This document shows, piece by piece, positions 58,942 through 64,000 of a DNA stretch of 64,000 nucleotides. The notes under the pieces were generated by a model. The model was given only the letters and a program-made list of their open reading frames with translations. It was not told where the DNA came from and ran no database searches. Where the stretch lies: NCBI GenBank assembly GCA_964566925.1, contig CAZMIZ010000004.1, positions 35,951 through 99,950 of the forward strand, read 5' to 3'. A program made the position numbers and the translations under genes. Origin of the DNA: an uncultured Gammaproteobacteria bacterium (GTDB taxonomy: Bacteria > Patescibacteriota > Microgenomatia > PFEM01 > DATLAM01). Positions within the stretch are counted from its first letter, which is position 1; every line of letters starts with the position of its first letter.

Positions 58942-59373
58942 TTACATGCCAATCAAACTATAATTGACAAAGCTAGTCACAACCGAGGTTGCGCTTGCAG
59001 CACCGGTGTTAATTGATCCGCTTCCGACCATTCCCCCGCTAATCATGTTGTCTCCACTGTCGGCTTTGGTCTTAACCCAGTTAGAAACCACCCCACCATT
59101 GTAGATATTCCCTCCGAAACAACCAACACATCCTCCGATCCCAGTGCTATTAACATCATTGCCCACATTGGCGTAGGCGCTAGCGGCACCAGTGCGAATT
59201 GAGCCGCCACAGACCCACATCCCGCCAATCATGTTGTCTCCACTGTCGGCTTTGGTCCGAACACTATTGGAAACAAGACCATAATTGTGAATGTTCCACA
59301 TACCCATGGCTGGGCCAGCAACGGAAAGAAGCATTAAGCCTGCGGCACCGAACGCAATTGCTTTTTTAACCAT
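58942..59373 (-). CDS. Small secreted protein with 2 copies of the same TGDN repeat
   Basis: Signal peptide. VSNSVRTKADSGDNMIGG...IRTGAASAYANVGNDVNST is duplicated. Confidence 0.55.
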   Translation of the reverse strand: MVKKAIAFGAAGLMLLSVAGPAMGMWNIHNYGLVSNSVRTKADSGDNMIGGMWVCGGSIRTGAASAYANVGNDVNSTGIGGCVGCFGGNIYNGGVVSNWVKTKADSGDNMISGGMVGSGSINTGAASATSVVTSFVNYSLIGM

Positions 59374-59432
59374 TTAATTTTCACCCCCTTTCCCTGCCTC
59401 GCCATCACCTAGAAGGCAAAGACGGGCTTAAG

Positions 59433-59452
59433 AATTTTCTTCGAAGAAAATT
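59433..59452. promoter_or_regulatory. Perfect 20-bp palindrome AATTTTCTTCGAAGAAAATT, ~60-80 bp upstream of the 143-aa secreted-protein gene; candidate operator
   Basis: Read directly; it sits in a 230-bp intergenic region. Confidence 0.5.
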
Positions 59453-59603
59453 TTTAGAATAGTAAAAGAATTCCAGCAAGAAATATTTACCTCTCTTGGT
59501 ATCTAGCAAAACCAAATCTGACTTCTTATAGGGCAGAAAGTTAAGAAGTTAACTAGCAATATAGAGCAGAAAAAGAGATTTTGTCAAGAGCCAACTTTCT
59601 CTC

Positions 59604-59990
59604 TTAAGGCGAAAACCAGAAAAATCCTATAATTTCTGAAAAAAGACGGCTGACAAAATCCAATAGTTTTTTTCTAAAAACCTCTATTGATTGGGAAGCC
59701 TTTTCCTGAGATTCTTCATTTGGCTGATCAGGAGAAACCGAGGTAACCACCAATGAACCTTCTGGGCTGGATTCAACTTTAACCTCCCCATCCTCCACTT
59801 CCACTTTAATCGTGCCTGGACTGGTGCTTTCCACGTGAGTCGTTTCTCCATTGACAACATTGGTGATTTCCGTTTGGGCAGAAGCATTATCGCCAGAAAC
59901 TTCGTTAATCACCTCTGTTTCTACTTTAGCTGAGGCCAGATTGGAAATAATCAGGGGAAAGAAAACAAAACTTAGAAAAACCCTTCTCAT
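59604..59990 (-). CDS. Small secreted protein, one degenerate copy of the repeat
   Basis: Signal peptide. INEVSGDNASAQTEITNVVNGETTHV. Confidence 0.45.
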   Translation of the reverse strand: MRRVFLSFVFFPLIISNLASAKVETEVINEVSGDNASAQTEITNVVNGETTHVESTSPGTIKVEVEDGEVKVESSPEGSLVVTSVSPDQPNEESQEKASQSIEVFRKKLLDFVSRLFSEIIGFFWFSP

Positions 59991-60024
59991 TAAGCCTTTC
60001 TGTCTTTTATATAATCCAAATCAG

Positions 60025-60041
60025 TTAAGTTGTCAACTTAA
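60025..60041. promoter_or_regulatory. Perfect 8-1-8 palindrome TTAAGTTGTCAACTTAA in the divergent promoter region; contains TTGACA (minus strand) spaced ~17 bp from TATATAAT at 60008-60015
   Basis: Read directly; lies between the 128-aa gene (minus) and the Clp-like gene (plus). Confidence 0.5.
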
Positions 60042-60088
60042 ATAGTTAGGTTTACTAACCCCTCTTTTTATGCTAAATTAGAATTGTC

Positions 60089-62548
60089 ATGGAAACCTTT
60101 TCTGCCTATCTTTTTTGGCATTATGTCTTTGCGCCAAAGAAGCTTTTAAGGATCACAACCAATTTTTTCCTTTTCTTTTATTATTACTTCTCAGTCAGAA
60201 TTTTGGTCCGAACCTTCTTCTCTCCCTGGAAAAGGCAAACGATTAAAAGAGAAAGGAGGCTTAGTCTTTCTAACCTCCTCCAGGTTCTTTCTTTTAACCT
60301 TATCTCCCGAACGATTGGGGCCATTGTTCGAGGAATCGTTTTATTGGGCTGGTTCTGGAGTGAAGTCGTCGTCTTTTTCTTTTTTCTTTTCCTTTTCCCC
60401 GCCTGGATAATCATTCCGGGGTTCACCTCCCCTCTTTTCCTTTACTTGAGGAAGCCACCTGATCCTGCCTTAAAGTTAATTAAAAAGAGGGTTAGCGATC
60501 CAGAAAAAATCTTTCGGTTTCTGCTTAAAACCGAGATGGGCAAATTTCTTTTCTCTCGACTAGGCATTTTACCAGGGAAGTTCACCGACTCATTAACCAA
60601 AACCCCTCCCAAAGACCAACCCTTCCCCTTACCCAAAACCCCTTCCTCAACCCGCCTCTTCTATCTTTTGGCTAAAAACTGGTCACCTTTTAAAAAATTT
60701 CTTTTTGAAAAAGAATTGGACGAAAAAGACATCCTCACTGTTTGCCGTTGGTTTGAAAGGATTAAGAAAGAGGAACGACACCAGATTCGCTTCTGGGAGT
60801 CCGAAAATCTTTTAAGCATGAGGGGGATTGGCAAAGATTGGGCCTATGGTTACACCCTTGATTTGGATAAATACTCGGATGATTTAACCCAACCTTTGCC
60901 TTTTTCTCACCATCTGGTCGGCCGCGAAAAAGAAGTCGAACTGATCCAACAGGTTCTCTCCCGAGCCGAAGAAAACAACGTTTTGCTGGTTGGCCAACCG
61001 GGCATTGGCCGTCACACAATTATTTTAGAGTTGGCCAAAAAAGTGAAAGAAGGAAGAGTCCATCCTTCTTTAGCTCATAAACGAGTTCTCTCTTTAAATC
61101 TTAATCTCCTCTTGGGTTCTTCGGAATCACTGGTAAAGGCAAAAGGTCTTATTGAGACCGTTCTTCAAGAAGCCACCAAGGCCGGCAATGTCATCCTGGT
61201 CATTGACAGTTTTGACAAATTTGTTTCCAGTGGTTCTGGCCGAATCGACTTAACTGACCTTTTTAAAGAAAGTTCAACTGGAGCCAGGCTTCAAGTCATT
61301 GGCATTACCACCCCCGCTGCTTTCCAGAAATATATCTTCCCTAACCAGGAAATTATGAAAGCTTTTGAAAAGGTCGAGGCTGAACCACCCAGTCTCAAAG
61401 AGGCCCTGGTGATTCTCCAAGACACGACTCCTTTTTATGAGAAACGAAATAATGTTTTTGTTCTTCATCAAACCTTAACCGAGATCGTTACCAAGTCTGA
61501 CCAGTATGTGACCGAAATTCCCTTTCCGGAGAAAGCAATTGACCTTCTTGATGAGAGCTGCGTCTTTACCTCAACAAAAGCCAAAAAGCCTCTCGTCACC
61601 CCTAAGGAAGTTAATCAAGTTTTGGCGGAAAAAATCAAAATTCCTTTAGGCGATATTAAAAAAGAGGAGCAAGAAAAACTGAAACAGCTAGAAAGTCTCT
61701 TGCATAAAAGAATCGTTAACCAAGAAATAGCTGTCAGTCAAATTGCCAAAGCGATGCGTCGAGCTAGGCTAGGAATTGCCCAAAAAGACAAGCCAATTGG
61801 TACTTTCCTCTTTTTGGGCCCCACCGGGGTGGGTAAAACCGAAACCGCTAAAGCCTTAGCCGAAGCCTATTTTGGCCACGAAAAACGAATGATTCGTTTC
61901 GATATGAGCGAATATCAAGGCCAAGACGCGATCAAAAGAGTTCTTGGCAATCAAACGACTGAAGAACCAGGTTTAATCGCCTCGGCCATCCGGAAAAATC
62001 CTTTCTCTTTGCTTCTTTTGGATGAAATTGAAAAAGCCCACCCTGATATTCTTAATCTTTTTCTGGTTCTCCTTGATGAAGGTTTTTTCACTGACGCCTT
62101 TGGTAAAAAAATCGATTGTCGTAACCTGATTGTCATTGGCACTTCCAACGCTGGCAGTGAATTTATTCGGGAAGAACTTAACCGAGGGACTGATAAAAAC
62201 CAATTGCCAGCCAAAGTTTTAGACTTCGTTCAGAAAAAGGAAATCTTTTCTCCGGAATTTCTTAATCGTTTTGATGCGGTCGTTGTTTATGGGCCATTAA
62301 ATAAAGACCAATTAAAAAAGGTTGCCCAACTCCTTCTCCAAAGACTAAACCAGAGACTGGCCGAAAAAGATCTGAAGCTAAAAATTGATGATCAACTAAT
62401 TGAAAAAGTGGCTGAGTTAGGCTATAGTCCCACCCTTGGCGCCCGACCAATGAAACGAGTTATCCAAGACAAAATCGAGGATCAAATTGCCCAGCGAATC
62501 CTTAAAGGAGAATTAAAAAGAGGCCAAAAAGTCGAAATCAACCTTTAA
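60089..62548 (+). CDS. ClpA/ClpB-like double-AAA+ ATPase with N-terminal transmembrane region; degenerate first nucleotide-binding module
   Basis: D1: LVGREKEVELIQQVLSRAEENNVLLVGQPGIGRHTI (Walker A K->R) and VILVIDSFD (Walker B DE->DS). D2 intact: FLGPTGVGKTE and LLLLDEIEKAH. TM segments at ~aa 70-115. Confidence 0.75.
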   Translation: METFSAYLFWHYVFAPKKLLRITTNFFLFFYYYFSVRILVRTFFSPWKRQTIKRERRLSLSNLLQVLSFNLISRTIGAIVRGIVLLGWFWSEVVVFFFFLFLFPAWIIIPGFTSPLFLYLRKPPDPALKLIKKRVSDPEKIFRFLLKTEMGKFLFSRLGILPGKFTDSLTKTPPKDQPFPLPKTPSSTRLFYLLAKNWSPFKKFLFEKELDEKDILTVCRWFERIKKEERHQIRFWESENLLSMRGIGKDWAYGYTLDLDKYSDDLTQPLPFSHHLVGREKEVELIQQVLSRAEENNVLLVGQPGIGRHTIILELAKKVKEGRVHPSLAHKRVLSLNLNLLLGSSESLVKAKGLIETVLQEATKAGNVILVIDSFDKFVSSGSGRIDLTDLFKESSTGARLQVIGITTPAAFQKYIFPNQEIMKAFEKVEAEPPSLKEALVILQDTTPFYEKRNNVFVLHQTLTEIVTKSDQYVTEIPFPEKAIDLLDESCVFTSTKAKKPLVTPKEVNQVLAEKIKIPLGDIKKEEQEKLKQLESLLHKRIVNQEIAVSQIAKAMRRARLGIAQKDKPIGTFLFLGPTGVGKTETAKALAEAYFGHEKRMIRFDMSEYQGQDAIKRVLGNQTTEEPGLIASAIRKNPFSLLLLDEIEKAHPDILNLFLVLLDEGFFTDAFGKKIDCRNLIVIGTSNAGSEFIREELNRGTDKNQLPAKVLDFVQKKEIFSPEFLNRFDAVVVYGPLNKDQLKKVAQLLLQRLNQRLAEKDLKLKIDDQLIEKVAELGYSPTLGARPMKRVIQDKIEDQIAQRILKGELKRGQKVEINL

Positions 62549-63540
62549 CCCTGATAACCTTGAGGATGGCTTTGGTGCCACTGCCAAGCGCTCTTCACAA
62601 TTGATTCCAAATCAGAATATTTTGGTTGCCAGGAAAATTCCTTTTTAATTTTGCGATTATCGGCATAAAGTCGGGCAGGATCACCTGGTCTTCGGGGACC
62701 AATTTCGGTTTTAAAATCAAGGCCGGAGACTTTCTTTACCTTGGCCACCACCTCTTTAACCGAATAGCCTTGGCCAGTGCCCACATTAAAAAACTCCGTT
62801 TTTTTTCTCTTTTCTAATCTTTCTAAAGCCAAAAGATGAACTTTAGCCAAATCAAGAACATGGATATAATCCCGAATACAGGTTCCATCAGGGGTTGGGT
62901 AGTCGTCCCCATAAATAACTAGCTTTTTCCTCTTCCCTAAAGCGGTTTGGCAAGCCAGGGGAATCAAGTGGGTTTCCGGATCATGATCCTCGCCTATTGA
63001 GCCATCAGGAGCCGCCCCCGCGGCATTAAAATAGCGAAGAGAAATTGAATGAAGACCAAAAATATTTTCATACCAACTCAAGATCTTTTCGACCATCAAT
63101 TTTGATTCGCCATAAGGACTTTCTGGTTTTTTCTTCTCCCCTTCAACAATCGGCAGTTTCTCGGGCTGACCATAAACAGCACAGGTTGAGGAAAAAACGA
63201 TTTTCTTAACCTGATTTTTTCTCATTGCTTCCAGTAAATTCAGGGTCCCACCCACATTATTGAGAAAATACTTGGCTGGTTTTTCCATTGACTCCCCCGT
63301 CAGGGCATAGGCGGCAAAATGAACCACCCCAGCAAATTTTTCTTTTTTGAAGGTTCCTTCCAGGAGATCCTTATCGGTTGTCAAATCACCCTTGATTAGA
63401 TTGAAGCCAGTCACCGCCTCTTGATGGCCATATCGAAGATTATCAAAAATAACGACCTCGTAACCCTTTTTTTTAAGAGCTTGAGCCGTAAAACTACCAA
63501 TGTAACCAGCTCCGCCAGTGACTAAAATCTTTTTATTCAT
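62545..63540 (-). CDS. galE: UDP-glucose 4-epimerase
   Basis: MNKKILVTGGAGYIGSFTAQALKKKGYEVVIFDNL...YGESKLMVEKIL. Confidence 0.9.
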   Translation of the reverse strand: MNKKILVTGGAGYIGSFTAQALKKKGYEVVIFDNLRYGHQEAVTGFNLIKGDLTTDKDLLEGTFKKEKFAGVVHFAAYALTGESMEKPAKYFLNNVGGTLNLLEAMRKNQVKKIVFSSTCAVYGQPEKLPIVEGEKKKPESPYGESKLMVEKILSWYENIFGLHSISLRYFNAAGAAPDGSIGEDHDPETHLIPLACQTALGKRKKLVIYGDDYPTPDGTCIRDYIHVLDLAKVHLLALERLEKRKKTEFFNVGTGQGYSVKEVVAKVKKVSGLDFKTEIGPRRPGDPARLYADNRKIKKEFSWQPKYSDLESIVKSAWQWHQSHPQGYQG

Positions 63541-63832
63541 ACTTTGGTTCTGCTAGCTTCCCGACTTTTTGGTTGTTAATGGGAATCTTTAAAGCCCAGC
63601 CTAAAGCATTGGCCACCGAAATCCCCACTCTTAAACCAGTAAATGATCCCGGCCCCAGATTAACCTTAATCTCCTTAATCTGTTTAAGCGAAACCCGGCT
63701 CTTTTTCAAAACTTGATCAATTTCGGCCAACAACTGTTGGCTTCGATGTTCTTTGGCCGTAAAGGTCCAGGTCTTTTTATCCAACCCTATTATAGTTTTT
63801 TTATTATCGGATGTGTCAAGAAAGAGAATCAT
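63533..63832 (-). CDS. tsaB: TsaB/YeaZ-like protein, N-terminal half only (99 aa)
   Basis: MILFLDTSDNKKTIIGL...NLGPGSFTGLRVGISVANALGWALKIP. It ends where full-length TsaB would continue, and overlaps galE by 8 nt. Confidence 0.55.
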   Translation of the reverse strand: MILFLDTSDNKKTIIGLDKKTWTFTAKEHRSQQLLAEIDQVLKKSRVSLKQIKEIKVNLGPGSFTGLRVGISVANALGWALKIPINNQKVGKLAEPKYE

Positions 63833-63920
63833 AATTAATGACTAATGATTAATGACTGATGACTGATGATTGATGAATTCGACCATTAATCATTGATCAT
63901 CGATCATTAATCATTAATTT
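63833..63920. repeat. Imperfect palindromic array of YTRATGA heptamers (6 direct + ~4.5 inverted) around an EcoRI-like centre GAATTC
   Basis: ttaatga ctaatga ttaatga ctgatga ctgatga ttgatga attcgacc attaatc attgatc atcgatc attaatc attaat. Confidence 0.8.
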
Positions 63921-64000
63921 CAATTTTCCTCTGCTTTTCGCCTGCATACTCAAAATAAACCTCAATTCTTTTCTTAGGCAGAATGGTTTTAATCTTTTCG
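63908..64000 (-). CDS. 3' end of an unknown minus-strand CDS running off the window (...EYAGEKQRKIEIND*)
   Basis: Open minus-strand frame from the window edge to a stop inside the palindromic element. Confidence 0.25.

Noticed and set aside
1-64000. CRISPR arrays, rRNA, tRNA, transposases/integrases
   Set aside because: I found no repeat-spacer periodicity, no tRNA-like cloverleaf candidates in the short intergenic regions, and no transposase or integrase signatures in any long ORF.

Overview
This 64-kb window looks like a small, AT-rich bacterial genome with tightly packed genes, many sharing 4-nt ATGA start/stop overlaps. That style is compatible with a Patescibacteria/CPR-like or other reduced genome, but the lineage cannot be determined from the sequence alone.

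Positions 1-45378 are almost entirely one minus-strand array of about 36 genes, dominated by envelope glycosylation machinery. The only exceptions are the 1.1-kb gap at 25923-27055 with a GNAT gene and one small plus-strand ORF. Counts in this array are:
- about 6 GT39/PMT/ArnT-like polytopic glycosyltransferases
- 3 YfhO-family membrane proteins
- a 3-member family of unassigned ~560-575-aa membrane proteins
- a DUF2079-like protein
- about 4 other large unassigned polytopic membrane proteins
- 9 GT2 enzymes, 4 of them Dpm1-like polyprenol-phosphate-sugar synthases (one fused to a GtrA-like domain)
- 2 GT4 enzymes and 2 Wzx-type flippases
- Ugd, an SDR epimerase/dehydratase, and a nucleoside-deoxyribosyltransferase-like protein.

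Downstream lie trmD; rmlB-rmlC-rmlD (no rmlA) co-oriented with a DUF2233-like/TPM/LemA trio; a divergent DUF458/RtcB pair; and a TrpR/YerC-like gene flanked by a repeated element. After these come a CAP-domain protein, a sortase next to an LAxTG-type Cys-rich Thr/Pro-linker surface protein, three secreted proteins sharing a novel 'TGDNSI' repeat, a membrane-anchored ClpA/B-like ATPase with a degenerate first AAA module, galE, and a half-length tsaB-like gene.

The most notable observations are:
- the scale and composition of the lipid-carrier-dependent glycosylation supercluster, and its probable Thr/Pro-linker protein substrates encoded nearby
- two in-CDS heptanucleotide tandem repeats, which are candidate phase-variation switches
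- the unassigned paralogous membrane-protein family
- the TGDNSI-repeat secreted protein family
- several precise palindromes and hairpin elements.

No rRNA, tRNA or CRISPR was recognised. All functional calls rest on remembered family motifs, not on database searches.
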